Both the position numbers and the translations under genes were made by a program. The notes beneath the pieces are model-generated. The model made no database searches, had not been told where the DNA came from, and saw only the letters and a list, made by a program, of their open reading frames with translations. From Chrysomallon squamiferum (Eukaryota > Animalia > Mollusca): a stretch of 64,000 nt of DNA. Positions within the stretch are counted from its first letter, which is position 1. The number at the start of each line of letters is the position of its first letter. Location of the stretch: positions 7,688,001 to 7,752,000 of the forward strand of contig CM022668.1 in the NCBI GenBank assembly GCA_012295275.1, given 5' to 3'. Shown in pieces: positions 42,831-57,550 of the stretch.

Positions 42831-42911
42831 CTCATCCTGCAGAATAACAACTGACCTTCTTTTCCTTACAAACTTTTCCATAAACAGAATTCCACTTCTT
42901 GCAAATGACAT
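42831..42911 (-). CDS. Candidate additional first exon (27 codons, phase 0), or a 6-nt microexon at 42831-42836
   Basis: ATG at 42911 gives MSFARSGILFMEKFVRKRRSVVILQDE ending at GAG|GTAAAG. The last 6 nt are also preceded by an acceptor-like ttgttattctgcAG. No homology recognised. Confidence 0.3.
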
Positions 42912-44123
42912 CAAGAAGAAAATTATTTTAAAATAATTAAATAAAAAACTCATCCATCTAAAATATTAAATCTTCATCTAGAATAATTTTTGTAAATGAA
43001 AAAAAAAAAAAAAAAAAATAATAAAAAAAATAAAAAATAATAAAAAAATTCCAATAAAAAAGTATTCAGACTTGATTACTAAAAAACGCAGTACTGTTAC
43101 AAAAAGTCTTCAAAGACTGAGGCATATATTTGACAAGTCCTCTTTGTTACTACAAAACGTGAAAATCGAAAACGAATGTTTTGACCAAGCAACAAAACCC
43201 AGAAGTACGTTATTACGAGTTTACTAACACATACCTGTGTAATACACACATAAACACACAGCTACACACTACATATATACATACCAGGATAAAGACATAT
43301 TAAAAACGACACACTACCAAAGAGAGAACATTTTCCCTTATTGAAATAAGGCTCCAGTGTTGCAGTGACAGCTTGTTGGAGTTGAAGAGATTCTGAAAGC
43401 ATTCAGCACAGCAGCGGAGATCTCCAGCACACAATAACACACAGACCTGAGCATGGCTATTATAAACATTATCCTTTTTTTTCTCTCTAGTATTTATGTA
43501 AGGAACAAACAGATTTTTTTCCAGATAAAGTTTTGATTATAGTGGCTCTCTGAGGTACAGGAGAGAGTGGAATTATGCAGAACAGTTGTGAAAGAATTGT
43601 TTGAAGAGCTGTGGGCTATTGGTTCAATTCTCCAGTATTGCTCATTTGAGGTTTTTTGATAATTCAGCCAAAGAAATCTTAAATATTTTTTTAATATTAT
43701 TACTTTTACTTTTATTTTTATTTATCTATCTATCTATCTATCTCTTTATTTATTTATTTTTTTATTTGTCTATGAAAAAGTATATTAAAGAATCCTTATG
43801 TTAATAGTCTGTAAGATTTCTTCTCTAATGCATTTCTTCTCTAATTATAACTATATATTATCTTATGTGTGTGTTAATATCATAGGACCTCTAATTTATA
43901 TGAAATTACTTACATACTACATCTACTGATGTTGCTAGCCCCCTCTGTTTTCTGCTGCTAATACTTATGTTATAATAATAATCATAATAAAAAAAAAATA
44001 AAAAAAAATAATAATAATAATAATAATATTAAAATTATTATTATTAATAATAACAATGACAACAGTTATAATAATAATATTATAATGATTAATATTATTT
44101 TTGTTATAAAATTATTACTATTA

Positions 44124-44181
<58 letters not shown>

Positions 44182-44624
44182 GATTTTTTTTTATTTCTAT
44201 TGTTACTGGAATAAAAAAAGAGAAGGATTTTGAATGTAAAAATCAATTTTAGACTTTGATTGTGATAATAATACTTGAAATGTTAACAAGGAAATCAATA
44301 CTGTACAAGTGTTGCATTAGTGACAAAATGATCAAGTTAAAATTTATTTTAGTTAACATCGGTTGAAAGTTAATCAAATTTATATCATCAACTGTTGATG
44401 TCAGCATTTTTGTATCAACTGTGCTAGAAAATATTAGTGAATTTTATGTTATCAGGATCTGAGGTCTGTTTATCAGTTGAGTGTATTTATTACCTTTTAC
44501 TGGCTAGTATTATATCACTTGAATTAAGTTTAAAAAATTAGATACAAAGATTTATTAATTCTGACATGGAAAACCCCAATCAACCTGGACCTATTCATTA
44601 TATTACCTGAGCAGAAACCTGCAA

Positions 44625-44815
44625 CTTTTTACATAATAGCATGAACTCCTTTATATGCACATTTCCATAGACATATCCCTACATACCACAACAGGTGACA
44701 TATGTCATGGAGCACTGGTTGGATTGGGAATTTACTCAGTGAAATACATATGGGAATTGATCCTAGTCACTGCAGCGTGTTATACACTAGTACGTGGTAT
44801 ATAACTTAGCTACAT
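44625..44815 (-). mobile_element. Decayed Meta-type tRNA SINE (head plus Meta domain)
   Basis: tttatatgcacatttccatagaca...cataccac...gtcatggagcactggttgga resembles the recalled Meta core (reverse strand). gggaattgatccta and ttagctaca are the reverse complements of B-box and A-box-like motifs. Confidence 0.6.
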
Positions 44816-44938
44816 CTAACCTTGACTCATCTACAGAATAAAACTGATGTAAGTTAGAGTATTGATATTAGTTTTACAACTGACCTCTTTTTTATGCATG
44901 ACCAGGCCTGGACACATCTGTCCTGAATGACCAATAAC

Positions 44939-45226
<288 letters not shown>

Positions 45227-45457
45227 CCTATTCACAATACCTATAATTCCTTCATTATATTACCATAATACCGCTTATTGCACACTAACCTAAAGAATAT
45301 CTATTTTTTTTATTAATCTTCATCACATACAAAAAAAAAAACACCCAACAACATTATAACAATATATGATAATGATATAGTTTGCTAAATTTGACTGTTT
45401 TCCAACTCATACAGAAATTAACTGAACTATGATTAATTAGATATTGCTGTGTGTGTG

Positions 45458-47057
45458 TATTGATTAATGTTACAGATGCCATGAATCATAATTCAGAAGT
45501 TTAATTTGGATATATCCATGTTAATAAGAACACAGCTGAACCAGAGTTATAACAGCAGAAATGTCAGGACTGAGTAAAACATGAAATATTTGACAAAGAT
45601 CATTTTTCATGTAGCCTAAACAGAGTGATGGTGACTAAATGGAAAAGTCTGTGAGAAACTGGATCAAACCAGTTCAAGATGAAACTAAAAAGAACAAATG
45701 AGAACAAGTTGGAGCAAGTTGAACCAACTGGAACATTTTTGGAGACAGCGGTATGATCTGGGACATAATGAAATGAAACTGGGACAAACTGGAACATACT
45801 AGAAGAAATGAAACAAAGTGGATCAAATGAAGACATTTTGCAAGAAACTGCTAGAAAATGGAACATACTGGAAAAACTTGAAACAAAATAGAACAAGCTG
45901 GAATTAGCTGGAAAAAATGAGAGTATGTTAGAACAAACCACAACAGACTGGAACAAATGGAGACAAATTGAGACAAACTGAGACAACCAGTAATCAGAAT
46001 TAACACGAACCATTACAAAGGAAAAGAGAAGAATGAAGAATGAATACAGTTAATGAGAACTCAGCAGATTCCATTAACACTGTTATTAAGTGTCAGACAC
46101 ATTTTTGTTTCTGTAACAATGAAAGAAGAAATCTCCTGTTACTACACAAAATATTCTCACTCACCAACAGCAAGAATGTTATTTTTCATTTGTGCCTTCT
46201 CACAGACAGCAAGTAACAAGCCTCTGGTTATTGTGCTTATGCAACTAATTATCTGAAGAAATATCTCATTAGGGAAATATGGAGAATTGATCCTACAGTC
46301 TATGGTGTGACAGTCCAACATTTTAACTGGTGAACCAAGACATTATTAAAATAGCCAAGACTTTGTTTTTGTTATCATTTCATCAAGCAAAGATGAAAGG
46401 ATCAATAAATGGATGACTGATTTGTAGATTGATGAACACATTCACAGTTTCTAGATGGAGGAATGAAAGCGTGAATAGAAGAATGAAAGAGTGAACAAAT
46501 AGACTGATAGACGGATGAATGAATGACTGAGTGAATGGGCAGAAGGATGTATAGATGGCTGGAAGGTTAGATAAATGAACAGAAGAATGCGTACCTAAAT
46601 AGACAGATGAGTGGATGAATGAATGAATGAATAAAAGGAAGACGGGATGGATGATGAATGTTTAAAAGGATGTAGAGATAGAGAAAACCTATCATTAGAC
46701 GTCTGGTAGTAATCAGAATAAAAGACAGACACACAGCCAGACAGATACATCAAAACTATTAACAGATGACACACCATCGATAAGCTTAAAATAAATGAAA
46801 ACCTGATTCATTAGACTAAAACATCCATTCTGAAGTTTCACTATGACGCTATCATTTGGCTATCACAAAAAGTAATTAGTATAAATGTGCTTTAAGTCAT
46901 TAGCCTGACAGAAATGGAACATTTATTATTTATACTGCCATCTGATACAGGGATATGTATAAACATAATACCCCATATCAATACTAATATTTATTAACAT
47001 GAATATATCCAAATTAAGTTCTGATTCTGTGTTCACAGCATGTAACAGCAATCAATA
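45458..47057. mobile_element. Possible old non-autonomous DNA transposon bounded by ~70-bp imperfect inverted repeats
   Basis: 45458-45527 (tattgattaatgttaca...ttaatttggatatatccatgttaataa) is the diverged reverse complement of 46991-47057. The interior holds decayed aaactggaac subrepeats (45640-45990). Confidence 0.45.
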
Positions 47058-48681
47058 AGACTTTTCAAAGGTTTTGAAAAAAATCCATGCACGCCTGTCA
47101 TGGAGCTTTAGTGTGTTAACAGATTGTCTGGAAAGCAGAGAAGGGAGAATTTAGTGATATTGCACCTCCTGAAATCAGATAGGAGGTTTAACCAATCTTT
47201 GATCCCTGGACCTGACATATTCAGGGCTGATGCTTAACCAGGTTAATGTAATAAGGTGTGTGTGTGTGATTGTGTCTGTGTGTGTGTGTGTCTGTGTGTG
47301 TGTGTGTGTGTGTGTGTACAAATGCAAAACTGAATTTATATGTAAACTCCATAAAATTCTCTTAATTTATATGCTAGACTACTACTACAATAAAATACTA
47401 TTACTACTATCACTACTGTTAACATTGCTACTACTATTACTATTACTGCTAGTACTATAGCTACTACTACAATAACAACTACTATTACTACTATCACTAC
47501 TGTTAAAATTGCTACTACTATTACTATTACTACTATAAATATATTGCTACTACTACCAATACTAATGCTTCTATGACTATTTCAACTATTTCTGCTTTTG
47601 CAACTACCACTACTGCTCTTTGTACTATTACTACTTTTCTTGGTGCTACTACTACTGTTGTTAGTATTGTTACTAAAATTACTGCTGCTATTATTACTAC
47701 TACTTCTACCACTACACTATACTATAATTATTACTGTTACTACCACCACTATTACTACTATTGGTACAACCACAATGACTACAACTACCATTATTATTAC
47801 TACTATCACTACTACCACCACTACTACTATTGCAACTACATCTACCATCACTACAACTGTCCTACAACCATTATGAATTATATCATATTACTTATATACC
47901 AGTATTAAGAAAAGAAAAAGAATTCGCAGTTAAATGTGACTAAAAACAAACCACGAAGTCCACAGATAAAGTTTTATATTCTGAAGCTGTTAAATCAAAT
48001 TAATCTTGCACTCAGCTCACACAGGTTAAAGAAAAAAAAAAACTCGATGCTTGAAAAACACAGTTATTTTCAATGATGCTCTAAATGTGAAAAAAATTCT
48101 TTAATACGATCAGGATTCTTAAACGATAATTTTATTTAATAAAAAACAACAGACCCCCCCTCTTCCCCCAAAAACAACATTCGTGTATGCTTACTCAAGT
48201 TGACACACAGAGTCAAATTAAAATCGCATTAGTATTGAAATTTGGTAAAATAATTAAATTATTCGAAAGCAAAAGCATTTTGAAAAGGTCATTTGCTGGA
48301 ATACAACAAAGTGTATGTAAAATTGCAAATCTGGTGATCAGCGGAGACAGAAATTCTAAATATTTTTTTTCCTTTTCTTTGCAAAAATATTCTTAAAATG
48401 AGAAAATTATTTCTAGTATTTTTTTAAAATAAATTTTCTTTCTCTTCATTTTGTTATGTTGTTATTGTAATTATATTATTATATTATCATTATCATTAAT
48501 TTTACAGCTGTTATTATTAATATTAGTAGTGTTTGTAGCACTGGTAGTTGCAGTAGTAGCTGTAGAAGTGGTAGCAGAAATAGGTTAATTATTCATTTAT
48601 TCGTTGTTGTTTTTTAAATTTAATTTTGTTGCTGTTATTGTTATTTTTATTATTTTTATTATCATTATTATTATAATTAAA

Positions 48682-48737
<56 letters not shown>

Positions 48738-48834
48738 TGTTACTGTAACTGTTACTACTATACTACTACTATTACTATTATTATTATTATTATAAAATGA
48801 AGAGAAAAGCAAAACAATATATATATAAATGAAT

Positions 48835-49145
48835 AGTATAACCTTTGTGATCCAGGGAATATAACCTTTTTGTATCCAAATATAACACTCTAGATATAAT
48901 AACCTTTTTATATCCACTGATATAACCTTTTTGATATCCAGATATAACAAACTTTTATCCATATAGTTTAACCTTTTGCATCCAAACAGCATAATCCACA
49001 CTGTGTAAGCTTTTTGTATCAGAAACACATTTTATATCAGAATTTAATAACACTTTTCATCAGATCTTTGAATCAATAAGCAACACATTTGTATCCAACT
49101 TTACAAAGCTATCTTAACACATTCCAGGTATGAACCATTTTATAT
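48835..49145. repeat. Decayed ~20-bp tandem repeat
   Basis: ataaccttttgtatccagat variants. Confidence 0.6.
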
Positions 49146-49209
49146 CTTAACTAGTGAATATTAATATCACTAAGAAAATATAATAATAATAATGATAATA
49201 ATAATGATG

Positions 49210-49258
<49 letters not shown>

Positions 49259-50141
49259 CATTAATAATAATAATAATATTAATAATAATAATAATAATAA
49301 TATAATAGTGATGATTATAATGTAATAACAAATTAATTAATAGTAATAGTGATGATAATAATAATAATAATAATATTAATAATTAATAAAACTGATGATG
49401 GTGAAAAATAATAATAATAATAATAATAACAATAACAATAATAATCATTGTCATAACAATAAGAACAACAATAACTGTAATAAATTCCAGATAAAAATAC
49501 CTAAAACAAAACACAGGTAAGCCATAAAACATTATTAAAAAAACCAATCTACCCTTTTGTCATATTTGTATAAATAAACAAACATCCAGTACAGAAAATG
49601 TCCAATCATTTTATCCAGGTAAATCAGAAATAATAATTAAAAAAAAAATGAAACAAAAACTAACAAACAAACAAACCAGGACCAAAACATTATCCATGAA
49701 GCAAATGTCCAATCACATTATCCAGGTGATTCAGAAAAACCTCCAGAAAAAAAACAAAAAAACAACAAACAATAACACTTTTTCCACTTTTCACATCAGG
49801 AATATTAACACACACCTGTTTCCCATTCTGCTGCTATTGCCTCAGTTGCAAGTCTTCAGTGGTCCACACATAAACATGACAGTGTGTCCAGCCAGCTGGT
49901 CAGCCAGACCAGTAAACACGAAATGACCAGTGAATTCACTGCAAGGACCCTGATAACTGCAGCCTGATAAACAGTGCATTGTTAACGAGAGAAAAATGTC
50001 CGGGATTAAACAGACTCAACAAACCTTTAATGATTACACACACACATTGTGCTAGGTAGATGCAGGAGAACAAAGCCCAGTGGTCAGTTTTATCACATCA
50101 AAGGGTGTTTTCTGGGGGAGAAGCCACTTCCAGTTATTCTC

Positions 50142-50155
50142 ATCTCCATGGAGAC
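50142..50155. promoter_or_regulatory. Degenerate RFX X-box-like site
   Basis: ATCTCCATGGAGAC (reverse complement GTCTCCATGGAGAT). Confidence 0.35.
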
Positions 50156-51109
50156 TGTTTTTTTGTTTTTCTTCCGTTACGGTGGAGCAGTTACATCTCT
50201 TTCTGTTTTGCTAATCAGATTTTTGTCACAAAGTTGAGAAGGTGTAATTTGTCATGTGCTGCTGTTCTCAATGATTGTCACATATTTCATAAATCTGCAC
50301 AGATATTTTTTGAAAAATGACTTCTGTTAAGAAAATGATTTTTTTTTTTTTTAAATGGAGGGAGAGCTAAAAGGAGAGAATGAAAAAAAGAAGGAAATAA
50401 AAAATTAAAGGAGGGAATGAATAAAATGAATGGATGAATAGAATGAAACAATGATGAAACAGAAAATGGGGTTGCATAAAAGAAGGAAAGTAAAATAAAA
50501 TGAAAATGTGGATGGATGGATGAAAACAATAATTGAGAAAATGTGGATGGATGGAGTATTAAATGGATGGAAAAATAAAATTAAAGATAAGAAGATGGAA
50601 TAAAAGAAAAAATGAATAAAAAAAACAATTAATATTTATTCAGTGACACTAATATACATTATATATATGGTTATTTGGTGTCAAAAACGGTTTTGTAACT
50701 TTTTTAACTCAGATTAAGGATTCTGCAAGCACGATGTGCCTACTTGAACCTAGAGATCAGCTGTCTGTAAATAAGTACAGATTAAGTATGAAGGATTATG
50801 TTAAGAAGATTAGTGAAAGAAAGATTATCTGAGGGTCACTTCTATTATTAATAGTGCATTATAATCTCCTTCATTTAATTAGAAGTAGATACTGTGTTAT
50901 ATATTCAGGTGTGCTATAATACATACAGATTTTAATACACACACATAAACATTTCAGTTCTCTGTTAAATAACACATGAAGATCATTATTATCAGACTGT
51001 TGTGTAATTTCTGTATTAAATATTAGTTATATTACTTTTATAATTATTATATGCATACATATATGTAACATACATGTGTACACACACACAGACATACACA
51101 CATATATAT

Positions 51110-51167
<58 letters not shown>

Positions 51168-51935
51168 CACACATACATAATATATATACACACACATATG
51201 AAACACATACAGACACACATACCAATACATACACACATAAATTAATATTATACCAGTAAATTTCACACAGTAAATTAAAATTCAGCTAGTAAATTTAACA
51301 GTAAAAATTACATAATAAATTAATATTCTACCAGTAAAAATTTCATAGTGAATTAACAGTTAACTATTAATATTCAGATAGCTGGGTAACTCCAGAGAGA
51401 GTATGATTAGGTAATAAATCACAGAATTGTCAAATTGTTAGTTGACCCTCAGTTACCATTCGTGACCAGCCAATCTGTTCAAGTGTTAAAGTGTGTTTGT
51501 TTTTTTACTAAACAAGGAGACAGTAAACATAATTACTGATGTAAATGTCAGTAGGCCAATGTAAGTGTGTGTTTTTATGCCCGTACTGTATTGAGTGCTT
51601 TTTATTACTTCGTAAAAAACACCAGTTATCTGATATTTGTAGGTGATAAAGGACTTTTTTATGGCCAAATGTTTGTTCATAATAATACAGGTAAAAGAAT
51701 GACTAAATATTTGTATTAATGGTACTTGTATACATTGGTGGGTTAATGGAATCAGTATGAATATGTGGGTGAATTTATAGCTGATGTTTTAAAATAAAAA
51801 TAATGTTGCTCTTTTTTTTATCTTTTTTTAAAACATAACAGACTACAGAGATTCTAATATAAAACGGTATCTCAATTTGGTTGTAAGTATGTGTGTGTAT
51901 ATATATATATATATATATAGATATATGGTTGTGTG

Positions 51936-51970
<35 letters not shown>

Positions 51971-52360
51971 GTGTTTGGGTGGCTGTGTATATATGTATTA
52001 TGTATGTATGAAGGTATGTTTAAACATGTATGTATGTGTGTGTGTGTGTATGTTTGTAATTGTGTGTATGTATATATGTATGAACATGAATCTCTATATA
52101 GTTATGTATGTATGTATGTATGTATATATGTATGTATGTGTGTGTGTGTGTGTGTTTGTGTGTGTATATGTGTGTGAATGTGTGTGTGAAAGGAGAAAAA
52201 AAATGACTAAGACAATATTAAGTGTTAGGAAACATTTTATTAATAAGATGATCTCTTTAAATACTGAAATCATCACAAATTTCTTTTTACTACAGTCCAT
52301 CATTTTTTTTTCTGTGACATCAACTATAGCATCATCAGACATGAACACACCCAGTTACTT

Positions 52361-52394
<34 letters not shown>

Positions 52395-52662
52395 CAAATC
52401 AAACCTGTTTTCTCAGATCACTCAATGTCAAGCCATTATTTCCATCAGCCTTGCCCATCAGAAATAAATCAATTGCAATAACAAATCTCTTCATTTAGAA
52501 AAATTAACACATTCAGCTTTAGCCCTCTCTGTTCACTTGCCCTCAGTGCCCCCCCACCCCACCCAGCTTCACCCCCCTCACCCACAGCAGCCCCCAGCAG
52601 AGCCTGAGTCAGTGACAGGCACATTATCTTGTTTTGATGTATTGATCAGGTTATGAGCTTAC

Positions 52663-52708
52663 GCTGACCCAAGCTGGAGCTGACTGTTAGATCCAGGATC
52701 AGCGCCAT
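52663..52708 (-). CDS. Candidate 46-nt exon, possibly of a longer PDE1 isoform
   Basis: Minus strand reads ctgat (branch-like)...tgcatttctttttctctcAG|atggcgctgatcctggatctaacagtcagctccagcttgggtcagc|GTAAGC. Two frames are open: MALILDLTVSSSLGQ (phase-1 exit) or (D)GADPGSNSQLQLGS (phase 1 in, phase 2 out). No homology recognised. Confidence 0.4.
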
Positions 52709-54628
52709 CTGAGAGAAAAAGAAATGCAATTATCAGTGTAAGTGGCTCTGCTCCTGTTAAGAGGACTGCCACAGTTGAGGTGTAATAGAGAAGACATGGG
52801 CTGCCAGAGACAGTCAGACAAACACATACCTGTCTTCAAGTGCTGACCTCGTTACAGGTGTTTTGTTAGAAACACAAACACAACCAAGAACTTAAAGACA
52901 CACTCACAAACACCATACACACAAATAAACCCACACATACACACACAAACACACATACACACAGACATTTATATCATTGTGATATCAGTTACAAGGTATT
53001 ACTTACTAATGTGTGTTACCAACTAATCCATAACTTGCAATCTGCTTATAGTACCATCATTACAATGTCATATTTTATTATCATTATCATTTTTTTGACA
53101 TCATCATGTCACCTGCGTCTGAGATGACCACCAAACAGTTTGACATCATCATCAGTTCACCAGTAAATGCTAATCAGAAACCTGACATTCCTGTGAGATC
53201 AATGGAACAACATTTTAGAATTACTTTATTCTCTTTTGTCTTAGTCTAACCAGACCTGCCCATGAATAATCTCAATTTTCTACAGAATCCCTCCCCCCCA
53301 CAGACCACACAGGAACATGGCTGAATTCAGTTCAGACTTTTAATTCTTAAAACGAGTCAGAGGACAATGTACTTCACGTGAACTGTCTGCCGCAGGTGAT
53401 GGTTTGTCGTTTCAAATCCCTTTGGAGGCCGGATAGCCTTTTCAAGATATTTACATTTGTCACAGAACAAGACTTGTGCCATTAGACATTTTGTTTTATG
53501 TGTGTTTTAATGACAAGTCTGGGAATACTCATAACTGTGATTAAGTTTATTATGATGGTCTTTTAATTACAATTTTTAGTTATAATTAATCAGATGGAAT
53601 TAATTTTTGCTAATATTGCTCCATGAATATTTAAATTTCGAGTCTGAGTAGAAAATTGATGAACAGATCTGAAATGAATTTTTAATTAGTCTGACGTCTG
53701 AAGTGTCTGAAATCAGTTGATGGACGTTTCAGATTGGTAGCTTTGTGCCCTTTTGGTAGCATCATTAAAGATGGCTGTCAGATGTTTTCTCTTAATACAG
53801 CAGATATTAGTAAATGCAAGTCAGTTTGTATCAGATCTGCTGAGGATAATTCTGTTAGGATCATTTTGTTCTGCTTAAAATTCTATCCATGCTGAAAATG
53901 CGGTTACTGTAGTTTTAGGAAAAAATGGATGGTGGAAAAAAGGCAGAAATTTGAAATTGCTTTTCTTGATATACCTTGAGAAGATTTCTATCATTATTAC
54001 TAGTACTACTACTACTACTATTACTATTACTATTACAACTACTACTACAACTAAATTAAAACATAATTAATAATAATAATAATAATAATCATAATAATAA
54101 AAGACTAAAAAAAAAAAAAAAAAAAAAAAAAACGCTCTTAAAATTTTAATAATTTTAATTTATATATATATATATATAAAGATATATAACATATCAATAA
54201 AAAAATCATAAATCTGGAAAACAGTTGTATTACTATTGATACAGTTCTTTTATCAAAACCGAAATTTACATAATCTTACCTATTTACTGATTCTAAAATA
54301 CTTTCAATGTTTTACAGGTGTCCTCATTAACATGAATGAGCGAATAAATTAATATTGAATGAGAGACTGTAACTTTAGATACCAGCCAAACATTCTCTTC
54401 TGTACAGATATAAAAAAAGCTAATCACTGCAATGACTGCTATACTTTTAGCAGCAAGCTCTCTTTTTCTACATTTTTGATCAGGTGAAGAACACTTTAAT
54501 GTTAAAAACCTTATCATTGTTTATACTGAAGGACTCTGCAACAACTAAATGATAATCACATCTATATAGATATGTGTAAATACACATGCCATCTCTAAAA
54601 CTGGCTCATTCTTTTCTTTTCCTAATCA

Positions 54629-54642
54629 GTAACCATGGCAAC
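54629..54642. promoter_or_regulatory. RFX X-box-like site
   Basis: GTAACCATGGCAAC (reverse complement GTTGCCATGGTTAC). Confidence 0.5.
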
Positions 54643-55029
54643 ATATAGTGGCAGCCATTACTTTCTAATTATGTTTACCTTCTTGTCGATATGCTGATTG
54701 ATGTGGAAGGATCAGACAGGAGCCATGAATTACAGTTAATTAAGTGTACCTGTCTAAACTGAATTAGCCAAACTGTGCGAATGTAAAGTACATAGTAAAC
54801 AACATCAAAAGAAGCCTGAAGACTTGGAGGTACTGGGATCAAATGTCAATGACAGCTCATGTGCAAAATTAATTTTTTTACTTTATATTATTTATTTATT
54901 TACCTCTTTTTTATTTTTTTTATTTTTTTTTTATTTATTCATTCATTATATATTTATTTATTTATATTTTATATAATTATTTAATTACTTATATATTTAT
55001 TTATTTATTTATTATATTTATTTATTCAC

Positions 55030-55076
<47 letters not shown>

Positions 55077-55693
55077 TTCACTTATTTATTTATTTATTAC
55101 ACTGAACAAATCTTCTAACAATTAAATGGCTCTAAACTGTAGTTAATGTTCTCTATAACATCTGTTTTCTTTCTCTAACATACTAACATTTTCTAAATGC
55201 AATGGTGTTTACTGTTGGATAATTCTCTGTACATCAGATTTTAATTCACAATAACTTTCTAACATACTAACAGTACCTACAACAGAGAATTAGGCAAGAG
55301 TAGTGTATTGTATAAAAACAGCTATAATGTTAACAACTGGATAGTCAAAGCATGTTATAATATCGATATCCATGACAAGGTGCTTGTACAAAAGTACATG
55401 TGTGTATAATTCAAATATTAACTGACAGATCCTGCAGCAAACTCTCTAACAAAATCTAAATCAAGGAACCTAGAATCAAAGGTCATCTGCATAACCATGA
55501 GCTTAAATTTTTAATACATATAAAAATATTTCATATTGTTGACTCACTAGTTTATGACAAATTAATAAAAGATATGAATATGCTTTGTCTTTGACATAAC
55601 AAACTGGAGTTGATATAGTTATTATTAATTTATAATAATATCAATTCTTACTGTATCTTCTTAATTACTTACTTAATTAATTTATTGATTGTT

Positions 55694-55727
<34 letters not shown>

Positions 55728-56011
55728 GTTTGTTTGTTTGTTTGTTAATAACAGAAGGTAACAGTTACTAAAAGGAGAAAGAGGATCAGGAAGGAACCAG
55801 AACAGAAAAGAAAGAGCCATTAATCCAAGATGAGTGAAATTTAACATTAAAAAAAAATATAAAAATAAAAAACAAGCATAAAAAGATAACTACACAAATT
55901 GGTATAAATAAAAAAATATAACATAATAACATTAATGATAATAAAAAAAATACCATTAATTCATAAAACAGAAGGTGATCACTGAAATTCTATATAACAA
56001 AATCCATTTTT

Positions 56012-56025
56012 GTTTCCATGGTAAC
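56012..56025. promoter_or_regulatory. RFX X-box
   Basis: GTTTCCATGGTAAC matches the GTTNCCATGGNAAC consensus. Confidence 0.55.
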
Positions 56026-56539
56026 AATGATAATCTGAAAGTAATTGAACAAGCCATATAAGCCTAATTACATCTTCTTCTTCATGCTCACTGGAAATTC
56101 TAAACTTTTTATTCTTCTCACAGCATGGATGGCTAACAGAGTGAATGAAAATTTAGTAACCACCAGCTTCTTAATCATCGTCAGTTACAAATCCTGTAAA
56201 CAGTTTTCTCCTCACATTAAACTCAATTTATGAGCTCTGGTAATTCTATCTTTTATATGTATCTTTTGAGTGTGAACACACACACACACATACACACACT
56301 CATACAGACATACATTAATATATATAGACATACACACTCATATATGCACGTTTATATGGATACATACATACATATATACATACAGACACTCTCATATTCA
56401 CACACATACACACACACACACATTCAAATTACACATTAATAACATTTATTCATATATAAATATGAAAAAAACATGTTGGGTATTTGAACATTATTTTGGA
56501 TATATCTATTATCTCAGCAGTCCATTTTTACAGACCCAG

Positions 56540-56900
56540 CATAAGGGTGAATTGGAGGTATACAGCCCGAATGTAAGGGTGACTAAGTGTAGTGTTAGTG
56601 CATAAGGGAGAATAGAAGGTATAAAGTGTCAGCATATGGGTGAGTAGTGATATAGTCACAGTATAAAGGTGACTGGTGATACAGTCATGCTAAAGGGTGA
56701 CTGGTGATATAGTCATGGTATAAAGGTGACTGGTGATATAGATGGTATCAAGGTGATTGGTGATATAGTTATGGTATAAAGGTGACTGGATATAGTCACA
56801 TTATAAAGGTGACTGGTGATATAGTCATGGTATAAAGATGACTGGTGATATAGAGTGAAGCCATATATTCACAGCACAGTGACTAGTGAGATAGAGTATA
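56540..56900. repeat. Decayed ~26-29-bp tandem repeat
   Basis: tataaaggtgactggtgatatagtcatgg variants. Confidence 0.8.
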
Positions 56901-57424
56901 TGATACTGACTGACTAATAATGTAAATTTAGAGCATAGGGTGCCATGTTATATTCATTCAGAATATAAAGGTGATGATTAATGATATATAATCAGAGTAT
57001 AAGGTGAGCATAAAGTGTAAATGGTCACATATAGTCAGAACATAAAGATAATTACTGACAGACAGAGCAAACAGGTGACAGGTGCTAAACACAGAATTAA
57101 CATCATAGATATTTGATAAATCTGTGTCAGTGAATAATAAAAAAATTATTTTGTTATCATCAAAGTAAAAGATATTTGACACTCCAGAATGAAAAATCAA
57201 TAATTCAGTTTTGTTAAATTAACTGAAAAGGCCAAACTACTGAAGTGAGTAATATATCTTTATACCTACTGTTTATTACAACTACCTCATTACACTGACT
57301 TCAATACTGATGTGAATATATGTGCTTATAATACATATATATATCTGAGAGATTTTGCATTCATCTGCTCTGAAAAGTATCTCAGTTAGGTTTTCTTTAG
57401 ATATTTTTTTTGTGAGAAAGAAAG

Positions 57425-57550
<126 letters not shown>

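Noticed and set aside
43402-43425. RE1/NRSE (REST) site TTCAGCAC...CGGAGA
   Set aside because: Only the left half matches well, the spacing is non-canonical, and REST is regarded as chordate-restricted.
45600-46013. 137-aa minus-strand ORF
   Set aside because: It is the reverse reading of decayed aaactggaac subrepeats, has no true ATG start and shows no recognisable domain.
47390-47908. Thr-, Tyr- and Leu-rich ORFs
   Set aside because: They come from degenerate (ACT/TAC)n trinucleotide low-complexity sequence.
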